Assembly: GCF_009914755.1 (NCBI RefSeq) | Contig: NC_060931.1 | Reading direction: 5' to 3' (one strand) | DNA length: 64,000 bases | From: the human T2T-CHM13v2.0 reference genome, Homo sapiens | Shown: one piece after another, positions 43,225 through 57,430 of the stretch | How the letters are laid out: every line of letters begins with the position of its first letter | Numbering within the stretch: the first letter of the stretch is position 1 | Program-made: the position numbers and the translations under genes | The notes under the pieces: generated by a model | The model's database searches: none | What the model saw: only the letters and a program-made list of their open reading frames with translations | What the model was told of the DNA's origin: nothing

Positions 43225-43305
43225 AAGAAAGAAAGGAAGAGAAAAGAAAAGAAAAGAGAAAAGAAAGGAAGGAAGGAAAGAAAGAAGGAAAGGAAGGAAG
43301 GAGAG

Positions 43306-43371
<66 letters not shown>

Positions 43372-43439
43372 GAAGGAAGGAAGGAAGGAAGGAAGGAAGG
43401 AAGGAAGGAAGGAAGGAAGGAAGGAAGAAAAAGAAAAAG
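43190..43439. repeat. ~250-bp polypurine compound repeat (GA)n/(GAAA)n/(GGAA)14
   Basis: Directly visible; GGAA x14 at 43371-43426. Confidence 0.97.
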
Positions 43440-44950
43440 TTAATTTCTGGCAGCCCCTCAATACCAAGAAGGATGAAATTCACTTTTGAGTTTGTGATTA
43501 AAAGTTCTCCCAAAATATGATATCTCCCCATTCCTCGATCATTGCAGGTCCCTGGCCCAGAGAAGAGCAACTGGACGAAGCATACAGCAGTCTAAACCCA
43601 ATTCATTGAATCAAAAGACAGCTATTTTTAGTATTTATCTTTCACTCCAATTTCTCCCTTTCTTTTCTCCCCAGAGTCATCTTTACGGATGTAGCAAGAA
43701 GTCAACCTTAAGAAAAAGTCCATTCACTCATTCACTGTTCTAAGTGTTGAAAGGGATATACAGATGAATTACAAAAGCAAGAAAAGAAGATTGGCTGGAT
43801 TATGAAATTCCATAAAGAAAAGCTTGAGTAAATCTCACCCCCAAACTACATTTCCTCTCCAAAGCCAGACCAATGAAACTTTGGATGATAATAAGATTTC
43901 AGCCTTGAAGTTCATTTAAGGCATTTTTTAAAAGAATTAGTTTGTGAGCTTTTCTACTTTGTCTTATAAAAGACAGTGAACTTTATGTGTGACTTTCCAT
44001 CAGAGTTTGCAGATGTAGCTCATGGGAGTTAATTACTTTTTCTCTTCAATTTCACCTAGCAAGATAAAACAGAGCTGCCCAAGAGTTTTCCTATAGCAGG
44101 GTGACTGGTCAATACCTTGCTACTTGCTCTGTCAATGCCATGAAAATATTGTTTAATAATTTAGGAACAACCATGTAATTTTCTTCCCTAGCAAGAGCAA
44201 ATTAGGCACTTACTAAATAATTGACAAAAATACTTAATTCTAGGGATTTCTTGAGAATGTGCTATTATTCAAAAAGAATTTAAAATAAAATTTTCTTTCA
44301 CCTATTCAACATGTTACTTTCATTTTCATGCCTGATCATATCTTGAAAGCTATATCCGAGTTTGTCCCCCCAGTCCTGATTTCCTTACACCAAGGTGGTC
44401 CACAAGTGAACATGTCAAGAATGCGTGTGCTGTCCTTGGTCAAGACCACTTGGAAAGGTGGCTGGGACTTAAGTGTGTTAGACAGACCCCCTCTCCTCCA
44501 GGCCTGTCCCCACCAGGGATGCAAACAGGTGCACCAAGAAGTTTGAGTCTTTAGAGTTTTAATCTCAAATCTCAAATGATGAGACATTCTCATCAGTGGT
44601 ACTCAGACTTGGAACCCTTTGCCCTGGCCATCTGCCAAAGTGGCTGCTTACTCATCATCAGGCTCTTGGGCAGAGGTCTATCTGTTCAGTCAGGCATTCT
44701 AAATATCCCATTTGCAGACCTTCAGACAGTTTACTTGACACTTAACTACCAAAATGCCCTGGGTACGCTTACGATGCCTAGGGCAGCATATTAACCCATG
44801 ACTCTTTACAAGTTAAAAGGTTGGGGAACGAGTAGTACCAGGTCTTTCTGCCCCTATTTCAACAAGCAGTCATTTTCTAGAATGTTCTCTTCTCACTGTA
44901 TTCTCCCAAAAGATCAAGTCCAATAATAATACTTTATTCAAATAAGAGCC

Positions 44951-44952
<2 letters not shown>

Positions 44953-45011
<59 letters not shown>

Positions 45012-45066
45012 TCTCTCTCTCTCTCTCCCCCTCTCCCTGTCCCTCCCTCCCTCTCTTTCCCCCCCA
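44953..45066. repeat. (CT)n microsatellite and pyrimidine tract
   Basis: Directly visible. Confidence 0.95.
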
Positions 45067-45739
45067 GTATTTCCCCCATTGACCTACGATTGGGGGAGAG
45101 CCTCAGTTTGCCTCCCCAGCACCATCTATACCATCTTCCTTCTGCCTGGCTCATGAACACTGCAGTCTCCCTAGGAGATAACATTTCTTCAGTTCTCATT
45201 ATGTGCTGAGTACTGTCTAGCCCCACTGGCAGCAGAGTGAGGGGCTGTTCCAGAATCCTTAGTTATAGAGACCCAAAAGTAATTCTGTATTATTCTAGGG
45301 ACTACCTTTATGGAGACTGATACACAAAACCAGAATTTCAGCAGAGGACGGTGTTCTAACAAGGCCTACCTCTTGGATTGTGAAATCCAGGCTACTTTTT
45401 ACATAGGGCATCATGGTCATATATACACATTACTGCAATCAAAATAATTAAAGAGTACTTTCGTCTTTTCCTGAATCTCTCAAGGAACATAAACACACCC
45501 AATAGCACTTCTTTAAAAGTGTTGTTCTTTTCCCCTCTTATTGTCACACATCTTGTGGCCCTTCAGAAGTGTTTCCTCTACAAACCTACAAACCTCCCTT
45601 TCCTAATTCCATGCCCCAGGTGTTCTTGGCATCTGCCCTGTCCAGGCAGTTTTGGTTTTTGTTCCCCTCCCCTTTTCCTTCCCCGTCTCCAATCCACCTA
45701 CCCTATCACTAAAGCCTGCGAACATGGTTGACAATAAAA

Positions 45740-46080
45740 GCCTAGAGTGATAAATACAAAACTTGTGTTCTAGTGAAGGAACACAGACAATAAATACATA
45801 AGCAGTAAACCAGAATTATCAGATAGAATATGTTTTCTGATAGACATGGTGCCACAAAGAAAACAGAAGATGGTGAAACAAGAGAGCTGGGAGTGGGGGG
45901 ACAAGGCCACTGCAGATTAGAAACAGGAAAGACATTTCTGAGGACGGGATTTGAAAGCTGACATCTACGTGACAGGAGAAGGCTAGTCTTGCAAATATCT
46001 GGGAGAAAAGTTCCCTAGGAAAAAGGAACAGCTAGGGTAATGTGCTTAAAGTAGAAATAAGCTTAGCATGATTATACTCA
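45740..46080 (-). mobile_element. L2 fragment
   Basis: ttctagtgaaggaacacagacaataaa...gaaagacatttctgagg...atctgggagaaaagttcc. Confidence 0.6.
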
Positions 46081-46278
46081 CATAGCAGAAGAGGAGAGAG
46101 ATGCCTGAAACAATTTGGTAGAACTGCCTTCTTCTTTTTTTTAGTCTTCTAAAGAGAACCTGGTTTAATATGATTAAATAAAAAAGGTGTTCAGACCTTT
46201 AGGTGAACAATTAGGACAGTCTATAATATAAGATATATTACTGGGTTTTTCCAGTTGAATGCTCTGCATGAAATGATA

Positions 46279-47197
<919 letters not shown>

Positions 47198-47379
47198 GTG
47201 ATGTTTAATGGAATCATTCGGATCATTTAAAAATCTCTGATGGTCACTTTTCCCCTTGACAGCCAGCCTAATTCATCAGGGAAAAAGAAACGGTTTAATG
47301 CATACAATTTGTTTTCTACTACAGTGTGCTGATGTGGTGGTGGTAAAAATGATTAAGTACCAAACATAACAAGCACAAC

Positions 47380-47870
47380 TGTATTAGTTATCTATTACCA
47401 CATAATAAATTCTCTCAAAACTTGCTGGCCTAAAACAGTAATACATGATTATTTCACAGTTACTGTGGCTTAGCTGAGTGGTTCTGGCTCAGAGCCTCTC
47501 GTGAAGTTACATTCATAGTGTTGGTTCATTCATCTCAAGGCTTGACAGACTTAATGAGGGCTGGAGGGTCCTCTTCCAGGATGGTGCTTTCACTTGGCTA
47601 TTGGCAGGAGGCCTCAGTTCCTCACCACGTGGACTCTTCCCAGGGCTGCATGAGTGTTCTCATGACATGGCAGAAGCTGGCTGGCTTCCACCAGAGCAGG
47701 CAATTCAAGAGAGCAAGACAGAGTGTCTTGTATGACAGTTTTTGAAGCTAGGAGGTCCAAGGTCAAGGGGGCGCATCTGGTGAGAGCCTCCTGGCTGGTA
47801 GGGACTCTCTGTGGTGTCCTGAGGAAGCAAAGGACGCCACATGGTTAGAGGGCTGAGCATGCACCACTTC
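47380..47870 (-). mobile_element. MaLR LTR fragments (MLT1F/G/H-like, then MST-like)
   Basis: tgtattagttatctatt...aaaacttgctggcctaaaaca; ggcaggaggcctcagttcctc. Confidence 0.7.
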
Positions 47871-47929
47871 CCTCTTTCACCTCCTCCTGTCAATGCCCGG
47901 AAGCTGAGGTGGAGCCCGCAAAGGAGGGG

Positions 47930-48322
47930 CTGGAGTAGACCTTACTACTCTTTACCAATGTTCTCTGCCGCACCCTACAGGGGGACTAAACTACCCACTC
48001 CACTCAACTCAGGTGCCACCATGTAACTTGTTAGGGCCAATGATGTGCAACATGTGTCACTTCCAGGTAAAAGTTTTACAGTCGAATTCTGCTTCCTCAG
48101 GTTCTTTCTCTTTCCCCTCTGCCAGGTCATCAGCAATGTTCCAGAAAGTGTCTGCTCTATTGGACTGGGTCCTGATGTGAAGAAGGGAATGAAGTGGAAC
48201 AAAGCCCTTAGCCAACCCACCATGGAAGTAATGTGAACCAGAAATAAGCCTTTGTTGTTTTAACCACTGTGTTTGGGGGTTATTTGTTATTGTGACATAA
48301 CTTCTCCCAACCTGATAATACA
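47930..48322 (+). mobile_element. MaLR LTR (MLT1J-like)
   Basis: gaaataagcctttgttgttttaaccactg...ttgttattgtgacataac...taataca 3' end. Confidence 0.7.
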
Positions 48323-48711
48323 GAGTCCTTGAGCAATACCCTAAACTGATTTTAATTCTAAATAAAAGCATTTACCCCACTGGCCCCTCAGAACTCTCGC
48401 CCTCCAGCCACAATTATCTCTGAGAGGGAATATCACATGTCGCCCATCAAGAAGTCCTGTTATGAGGCAGTTACCACACCACCCCGAACTGCACCCCCAC
48501 CCCCCAGCCCCCTTGCCGTCTCTCTCACAGACTCCCTCTACCTTCTCTCTGAGGGATGCTGCCCTCCTCGTCAGCACTGCAGCTTCTGCAGCAACGTCAC
48601 TTCCCACCAGGCCCTGCACACCGGCGGCTGTTCAGGATTCTGGGACACAGGTAGGAAGAATACAGCATCTTTCTCTCTCTTTTTGTGTTGTCTCTATTAG
48701 AAAGAATATGA

Positions 48712-49010
48712 GGCCAGTCATGGTGGCTCACACCTATAATCCCAGCAGTTTGGGAGGCAGACACGGTCAGATCACCTGAGGTCAGGAGTTCGAGACCAGC
48801 CTGGCCAACATGGCGAAACCCTGTCTCTACTAAAAATACAAAAATCAGCCAGGCATGGTGGTGCACACCTGTAGTTCCAGGTATTCTACTCAGGAGGCTG
48901 AGGCAGGAGCATTGCTTAAACCTGGGAGGCGGAGGTTGCAGTGAGCTGAGATTGCGCCACTGTGCTATGGCCTGAATGACAGAGTGAGACTCCATCTCAA
49001 AAAAAAGAAG
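48712..49010 (+). mobile_element. AluS
   Basis: TSD AAGAATATGA. Confidence 0.95.
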
Positions 49011-49299
49011 AAGAATATGAAAATGGTGCTGCTTGTGTCTTCCAGGAATTTTAGATTAATCAGCTCTTTTGTTTGTTACTTGTGGCTTTCTGGTCTCCTC
49101 GTTCCTCCCTGGGACTGGGCCAGGAGGCGGAGCTGAGGGCTAGGTAGGAAGCCCTACTCAGAACTGCTCCCCCATCACGAGTGTGTCTGTGTCTGGCTCA
49201 TTGGGCCGGACCATCCCTTCCTTTGATGAGTTCTTCCTTAAGAGGCTCTTTAGTCCCTCCTACAAATAGTATTCTAGCAAGCCTGCTCCACTAGAAGAG

Positions 49300-49753
49300 T
49301 CACCCATTGGTGAAGACAACTCAGGCATCAGTTATACCTCACAGATCTTCATATAGGGAGCTTACTTAACCATAAGGACCCCAGCTGCTGTGCTCTGAAA
49401 TCCTTCATGACTTCAAGGCTATGGCCAAAGTCATACTTCCTATGGGCTTGCTATAGCCAACAACTCCATGCAACAGAAATACTAAGGTAGGCCTGTTCCT
49501 GGGAGACATGGAGCTCCCCTAACAAACAACTTTGCCTCAAAGACACCCAAACAACTGTGCTGAACATTTTCACCCTCCCTTCCTCCTTTCCTTCCCTTCT
49601 TCACACAGGATCAGACTTGCTTTGTGGTCTGATGGTTCTCCCGGCTTTATTCAGAGCCTTCTGTTTTCCCTCACACAGGTGTTTCCTCCTGATAAGTCAT
49701 TACACTTTTAGTGCTTACTTCGCATCTGCCTCTCAAAGCACCTTAAACTAACA
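49300..49753 (+). mobile_element. ERVL LTR (LTR16C-like)
   Basis: cagctgctgtgctctgaaatcc, ggcctgttcctgggagacatgg, and 3' end gcatctgcctctca...aactaaca. Confidence 0.7.
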
Positions 49754-49920
49754 TGCCCTGCCACAGTACTGAATATTTAGTGACAAAAGTGGAACATCTA
49801 TCAGTTGACAGAAGCATCACAGTATCATTAATTTGAAATTCCCCAACTAATAAAAAATTAACCAGTAATCATTGTTTTAGAAAAACAAACACTATAAATA
49901 AGATTCATTGGATCTTATTT

Positions 49921-50245
49921 AATGGATGAAGCTGAAAACCATCATTCTCAGTAAACTATCACAAGGACAAAAAAACAAACATAGCGTGTTCTCACTCATA
50001 GGTGGGAATTGAACGATGAGAACACCTGGACACAGGAAGGGGGACATCACACACCGGGGCCTGTTGTGGGGGAGGGGGGGGGGGGTAGCGTTAGGAGATA
50101 CACCTAATGTTAAATGACGAGTTAATGGGTGCAGCACACCAACATGGCACATGTATACATATGTAACAAACCTGCACGTTGTGCACATGTACCCTAGAAT
50201 TTAAAGTATAATAATAAAAAGAAATTTAAAAAAAAAACAAAAACA
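49921..50245 (+). mobile_element. L1PA 3' end
   Basis: ggatgaagctgaaaaccatcattctcag, G-rich tract, taaagtataataataaaaa tail. Confidence 0.95.
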
Positions 50246-50315
50246 TGAAAGGGCAAAGAGAGAACAGTGACTGCCACCATTAATGTATTTGGCTCTTGCA
50301 AAAATGTAACATAGC

Positions 50316-50696
50316 TGTATTAGTCCATTTTCACACTGCTATAAAGAACTGAGACTGGGTTATTTAAAAAGAAAATGAGGTTTAATTGACTCACAGTTCC
50401 ACATGACTGGGGAAGCCTCAGGAAACTTACAGTTGTGGTGGAAGATGAAGGAGAAAGAAAGCACATCTTACATGGTGGCAGGAGAGAGAGCGTGGGCAAA
50501 GGGGGAAGTACCACACTTTAAAACCAGCAGATCTTGTGAAATCTTGTGAGTGAGTGGTCTCACTCACCATTACAAGAACAGCAAGGGGGAAATCTGCCCT
50601 GTGATCCAATCACTTCCCACCAGGCCCCTCCTTCGACACATGGGGATAACAATTCAAGATAAGATTTGGATGGGGACACAGAGCCAAACCATATCA
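50316..50696 (-). mobile_element. MaLR solo LTR (THE1D/MSTA-like)
   Basis: tgtattagtccattttcacactgctataaag...gagccaaaccatatca; TSD ATAGC. Confidence 0.9.
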
Positions 50697-51760
50697 ATAG
50701 CCCATGCTCCTATTATCACCAGACTCATCTAGAGACAAGGAGAAGTAAAACACAAGATTACAGGATGAGTCACCCATCGAACATCCATACATCTTCTTGG
50801 TATGCAGGCTAACTAAGAGCTAAAGGTATTTTCTTGGTCAACTTAGTGAAGTAAATGGTCAGTTAAGCAAAGTAATTAGATTTCTATTCAGAAGAATTTT
50901 GATTTCCAAACAGGAACATCATATAGAGAGTTTGTCAAGCTTACTTGATCTTGGAACAGTCTTAATAGCTTGAGAAACTCTAATGTTTGGCACAACACAA
51001 TTCAGGAAACCTTGCCCTGGAGAGATTAAATTGAGATGTCGCTTCTCATACATAGTCTCTCCCTCACACCTATTCAATGCCAGCATGGGCTAAGAGCTGA
51101 AATCTCTGGCTGGTTTCATGAAGTTACATCTCCCTACCTGTTTCCAAGTTGTTTTCCTGGATATAACCTTTCCTTTCCCCTTAGTTCCCAGCTGATTGGT
51201 CCAGCCTGGATCATCTCCATCCCTGCATAGGAGCCACTGAGCTGGCTTGTTTCGATCCATGTAGTCAAATACTCATTCAGAAGGAGCTCAGAAGTATTCT
51301 AGACAGTGCTGGTCTCCAGGCCGAACCACCGCCAAGCCACAGGCAGTCTCCTTATAGCAAAGCTCTTAAAGCTGTTCCTGGATAAATGTTCCAAAATCAT
51401 TTCACACTGGGCTGAAGGTTAAAAATAGAATGTGCCCATGGATAAACAGGCCATTTATAAGACTAATTAATGAATTCATTCCAAACCTCAGAGCTACACT
51501 CCAAAGGCAACTCACAACTCCGATATCCCACCCCAACCTTCTTCACCAGCCAATTCTATGTTTCCAGTGGTAACAACCTGGCAAGCCTGGAGCAGTGCTG
51601 ACAAGAGAGATTATCAGAGAAGTCCCTCTAACAGAGAATGTGTCTCCATCCATTAGATGAGTTGGGCTTATCAGAACCCAAAACTTATCAGTAGAGCTTA
51701 CAATCTCTATTAACCGCCATCTATAGACCTAACACTACTTGCCTTCAAAGCACCATTGTT

Positions 51761-52059
51761 GGCCAGCGCAGTGGTTCACACCTGTAATCCCAGCACTTTG
51801 GGGAGGCAGGTGGATCACTGGAGGTCAGGTGTTTGAGACCAGCCTGGCCAACATGGCAAAACCCCATCTCTACTAAAAATACAAAAAAAAAAAAATAGCA
51901 GTTATGGTGGTGGGTGCCTGTAGTCCCAGCTACTCTGGAGGCTGAAGTACAAGAATTGCTTGAAACCAGGAGCTGGAGGTTGCAGTGAGCTGAGATTGCA
52001 CCACTGCTCACACCACCACCACCACAACAACAAAACCACCACCACAACAACAAAAACCC
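51761..52059 (+). mobile_element. Alu with its 3' end replaced by (CCA)n/(CAA)n
   Basis: TSD AAAGCACCATTGTT / AAAACACCATTGTT. Confidence 0.92.
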
Positions 52060-52083
52060 AAAACACCATTGTTTAATAAATAA

Positions 52084-52397
<314 letters not shown>

Positions 52398-52412
52398 GGG
52401 ACACAATATTTT

Positions 52413-52574
52413 TAATTTTTGTTTTTGTTTGAGGCAGGTTCTTGTTCTGTTGCCCAGGCTGGAGTGCAGTGGTGCAATCATAGCTCACTGCAACCTCCAA
52501 CTCCACTCCAGCAGTCCTCTGGCCATGGCCTCCCAAAGTGCTGAGATTATAGGTGTGAGCCACTATACCTGGCC
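52413..52574 (-). mobile_element. Alu monomer or deleted AluJ
   Basis: gcaatcatagctcactgc joined directly to ggcctcccaaagtgctg. Confidence 0.85.
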
Positions 52575-53028
52575 TATATTTTACAATTTGAATATAGACT
52601 TTCCAGAAATATTTCACTGTGAAAGAGCATGACTATTAAGGGCCCACAATTGCTTCAGAGTGGAAATGCAATTCAGATTCTTAAGCCATAAATATTAGGG
52701 TAAGTCTTTCACCTAGTATGCTTATACTGACATTCACAAGGAAAAGCAGAAATACAGTATTTGGGTTATAATTTTGTCTAAGGTGGCTGCACAGCTGAAG
52801 ACTAGCAATGTAGACCAATGTCGTCATCACTAACCTGGGAAAATGACAAGCCTCTGTACCTCCATCTTCTAATCCACAAAACAGAGAGCATCACAAGCGC
52901 TCCAACCACCTTACAGGTTCTACACAGAATAATCATACACAAGTCGGTCAAGTTTATCTGTGATTCCCCAGCCCCTAAGAGTTGTCCCAAACACAAAGTT
53001 TTTATTTGTTTGAAAGCTTTGCTAATGA

Positions 53029-53359
53029 GGCCAGGTACAGTGGCTCACACCTGTAATCCCAGCACTTTGGGAGGCCGAGCCGAGCGGATCACTTGGGGAC
53101 AGAAGTTGGAGACCAACCTGGCGAACATAGCAAAACTCTGTCTGCTAAAAATACAAAAAATTAGCCTGTCATGGGGTGCGTGCCTGTAATCCCAGCTACT
53201 CGGGAGGCTGAGGCATGAGAATCACTTGAACCTGGGAGGCAGAAGTGACAGTGAGCCGAGATCGCGCCACTCACTGCACTCCAGCCTGGGAAACAGTAAG
53301 ACTCTGTCCCCACCACCCCCACAAAAAAAAAAAAAGAAGAAGAAGAAAACAAAATAAAA
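53029..53359 (+). mobile_element. AluS
   Basis: TSD AAAGCTTTGCTAATGA. Confidence 0.95.
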
Positions 53360-54802
53360 AAAGCTTTGCTAATGAGGGAGAATAGTGAAAGTTAAAACAG
53401 AAGGAAATTATAAATAATAATAATAAATAATAAAAATAATAAAATAATAAAAAACATCATACTTCTTATTTCCCAATCTTACCCAGAAGAATAAAATATT
53501 TAATTACTAATTTAACACCCAGACTGAGATATGTGGCTCTGAAAAGACTGCAGGCGCATGCAAAGTCTCATTTGCTAATGAAACAGCATCTAGCAAGGGT
53601 GCCACCATGGAATTAAAGGTCCAGGGATGCTTACCTTCTGGCTGGTGTCTGAGCTGCAGAAAAGAATCTCTGCATCTCCAAAAAGAAAAAAAAAAGAGTT
53701 ATAAAAATAAAGCCACCATTACAAGAGGGCTGAACAAATATCCTAGTTGGGTACCTGCCTCTGGCTCCGAATAAAAGAATGCAATATATATCCCAGCAGT
53801 AGAAACAACTCCACAGTGCTGGCTTGGGCCCTCTCTCCCATTGCAAGTGATTATGACTACCCTTCACTTCACAGCTGCCCCAGTCCCACCCACCACACTC
53901 ACACTCACACTCACACTCATACTCACACTTTCTATTCCAAAAGACCTGAGCAGGGTAGTCATTAGACCAAGCAACATTCAGAAATAGCTTCAAAATCAAG
54001 CTTCATATCTTTTTCCTTGGATCCCCCTGGCATGGCTACATAAAATACCTTATACGGATATGGAGGTGCCTGGAGAGAGCAGAACTTTCATATTTGGGTG
54101 ATGATAGGTACAGTATTAAATTTAAAAAAAACAACAATCCAGATGGTTCGGCTAATAGAGTCACAACAGTAAGCCCATATCATACCAGAGGGGACTAAGA
54201 TTACTAAGAGAGAAGTAAAATGCCTCAGGATTAAGCAAAGCTCTAGTTGTTTCGTTCTGCTAGGAAAATCTCAATGGAGCTGCATGTTTTAACTTCAAAA
54301 ATTACTCAACAAAAACAAGTAAGGATGAAGGGAGAGAGAGTGGGGAGAGAGGGAGACAGACAGAATTTGATCACAAAAAGAGTTGGAAAAATTGTTGAAG
54401 ATAGTTGCACAGAATTAGAGGCACAGGACCCATTCTTCTACCTACAAATGAAGTGCTGTTATTACCCATATATATTCAGCAATGCCAGAGAATTTGCCAA
54501 TATTTTGGATAATCACAAAAGGGTGTCCCATCTTTCTCACTCTATCACGGTGGAAATTAGAAAGTTTATGTGGTGTTCTAAATCATCACTTAATTTTTAA
54601 TCAAGGTATGTTTACAATATAAAGTTTATTCATAAGCAGTATAAATGGGGTTTGATTCTCACAAAGAAAATGGCAATTAATCATTAAGTCTCTTTTGCTT
54701 ACGTAGGTGAGAACTAAGAGTGATTTTTGCATTTTGCATGCTAGCTTCACACCTCACTTTGTTATTTTCCTGTTCTCATTTTGTAAGCCCTGATTCCAAT
54801 TG

Positions 54803-54962
54803 CTTTTTCTTTTTTTTTTTTTTTTCACACTTTTTCACAAGAAGTAGAGAGAGGATCTCACTGTGGTGCCCAGGCTGGTCTTGGACTCCTGGGCTCAAGC
54901 AATCCATCCACCTCAGCCTCCCAAAGTGCTAGGATTACAGGCATGAGCCACCAAGCCTGGCC
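54803..54962 (-). mobile_element. FLAM / Alu left monomer
   Basis: cccaggctggtcttggactcctgggctcaagc; TSD TCCAATTGCTTTTT / TCTAATTGCTTTTT. Confidence 0.88.
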
Positions 54963-55184
54963 TCTAATTGCTTTTTCTAATATTATATATTGTATTTAAT
55001 TTTGTTCACCACATTTAAAATAATTTTTAAAGGCTTAAACCATATGGCTTATATTTAGCTGTGGCTTAAAACATATTGCTAAATCCCTTTTGGTTAACGT
55101 TTGTTACATTCCAGAATCATACAATGCATGTTCATTTATGATATCACAGATAAAATCAACTGCCAGGGGAAGTTAAACTATAAT

Positions 55185-55277
55185 AGCAGTTCTCAAAGTG
55201 TGGCCCCGAACTAGCAGCTCAGCCTCACTTGAAGATTTATTACAAACACAAATTCTAAGGTCCCACCCCAGACCTAC
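55185..55277. mobile_element. MER5A-like fragment, split by the adjacent LTR
   Basis: cagttctcaaagtgtgg...ccccagacctac, continuing as cctactgaat after 55852. Confidence 0.7.
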
Positions 55278-55852
55278 TGCTTCAGTTTTTTATCTCTGCA
55301 TAACAGGTTACCACGAAACACGCACATGCATTATCTCACAGTTTCCATGGATCAGGAGTCAGGACACAGTTACTGGATCCTCTACTTGGGATGTCCTCAG
55401 GCTGAAATCAAGGTAGGGCTGCAATCTCCCCAGAGGCTTCAGGTTCCATATTCCCTGGCCATGGGAAAAACTTAGCTCCTTGTGGTTATAGGACTGAGGT
55501 CCTCACTTTCTTGCTGACTGGCAGCCAGGGCCTATTCTCAGCTCCTAGCGGCCACCTGCCACTCCCTGTCACGTGGTCTTCTTCATAATCTGGCCATTTG
55601 CTCCTTCAAGGCCAGTAGGAAGTTTTTCCTGCTCTGAATCTCTCCACTCTGCTAAGATGGAGCCATAAAGTAATGTAACGTAACTTAACATAATGCTGAT
55701 GCTCTTATCACCTTTGTCATATAACCTAATCAAGAAAGTGACGTCCCATCCCATTCCCAGGCCCTGCTAACCCTCAGGAGAGGAGACCACACTGGGTGTG
55801 TACACCAGGGGGTAGGAATCGTGGGGGCCATCTCAGAACTCTACCTGCCACA
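55278..55852 (-). mobile_element. MaLR solo LTR (MLT1E-like)
   Basis: TG...CA ends, perfect 5-bp TSD CCTAC; tacaccagggggtaggaatc...gggggccatctcagaa. Confidence 0.82.
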
Positions 55853-57257
55853 CCTACTGAATTCGAGTGACCAATCAGAGATCCCAGATGATTTCCCCAT
55901 TCTTCCCAACCCTTCAGCAGAGACTGAGAAACTGAGGGAGACAGAAACATTTAAAGATCGGTCAAATGAATGCTCACTTAGTGCTTCCAAAGAAACTTCT
56001 CCCCCAAAAAATATTCAGCCACCTTGAGTTTATGGGTACATCCTGCTGTGTGTGGGAATTCAGCCCTCCCCCCCGACAGCTGAAAGACCAGATCAATCAG
56101 GGGGTTAATTATACAGATCATTTTCCTGGCTCCCACGGGCATAAAGGTTATAGATGGCTGCATATTTATGCAGCCGCTGTTAAAAATTCAACCGCAGCAT
56201 TTATTTCAATGAACTCCTTTGACTACATGTTCAACAGATGCACTGAGGGACTACATAAAACATTACCTCTATTAGTTCAAATTTTCTGACTCCTTAAAAG
56301 CTTCTGGTAACTGAAGGAAAAATGCATCTGTAATATGTCCCTTGCCATTACAAATACATTCATTAAAATACAAACAGCTTGACAATACTAAGTGAGCATT
56401 AAGCACGTGCGTGCATGTGCAAGCCTGCTCTCGCTCACACACATGCACACACACACACACACAGACAACAGCTTGAATGTGGCAATTTTTAAATAGCACA
56501 TTATGTTTAAGACTTTACAGTTATTAACAGAACCAGAGAATATATCTATCAAACTATCAAAATGCCATTTTAAATTGTAGTGATCCCTTTAATGTCTTCG
56601 ATGTTTTCTAAGAACCCTTTAATCCCACATGGATGGTGCCACCTGTGCCATCCCCTGAGAACAGTAACTGCTTCCACTCTACAGGACTCTGTGCAGACAG
56701 AAGTGAGGCATGAGTTCCTGGGGGTCCTTGGGATGCCCCTGCCCAATTTCCAGCCCCAGATCTCCTCCCAGATGGTGGTAGTCTATAGAACAATATTAAT
56801 TCATAAGGGTTGGTGCCACTCAAAATCTTTCCCAAAATCTACTCTGGGAGAAGTGCCCACAAAGATCAAGGCCCTTGTCAGAGAGGTGACTGACACAGAA
56901 GGAAGTTGCCTTTGAAAGGAGAATAAAAGACATGCCTTTCAACACTGTCTGCAGCAGCTTTGCCAAGACACGACACAAAGTCCAGATCACCTCACCTCTT
57001 CCGGAGTGCCTATGCTACCTCACCCTGGCTATTTAACCCAATAGACTTAGAGAGGGCAGCTGATCACAACCACTTCAGGACGACATACTCAGAGTGCTTT
57101 TCTGGACCTGCCACCCTAGTGTGATGCTGTCTCTTTGTAACCATCTAATAGCAAGTTGCCTCAAAGGGAACCATTGTGCAAAAGTGTGAAGGGACTGGCT
57201 GCTAAAATAATAACCTAGCAGACACGACCACCATGAGGGAAACGGCTTCGCCTACGG

Positions 57258-57430
57258 TGCATTCACCGTGTGGTATGTGTACTTCTACTCATTGGAACTG
57301 AGCTGGTGTTGTCCAGTCATTCTGCTCCTCATAATAAACAAAGAGTGCCAGGGGCTCTCCAGACCCAAAGGGAAGAGCTTGCAAGCTCAGTTCCAATGAG
57401 TAGAAGTACACATACCACATGGTGAATGCA
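57258..57430. repeat. 47-bp inverted repeat (46/47 identical) with a 79-bp spacer
   Basis: 57258-57304 TGCATTCACCGTGTGGTATGTGTACTTCTACTCATTGGAACTGAGCT versus the reverse complement of 57384-57430; single difference G57268 opposite T57420. Confidence 0.97.
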
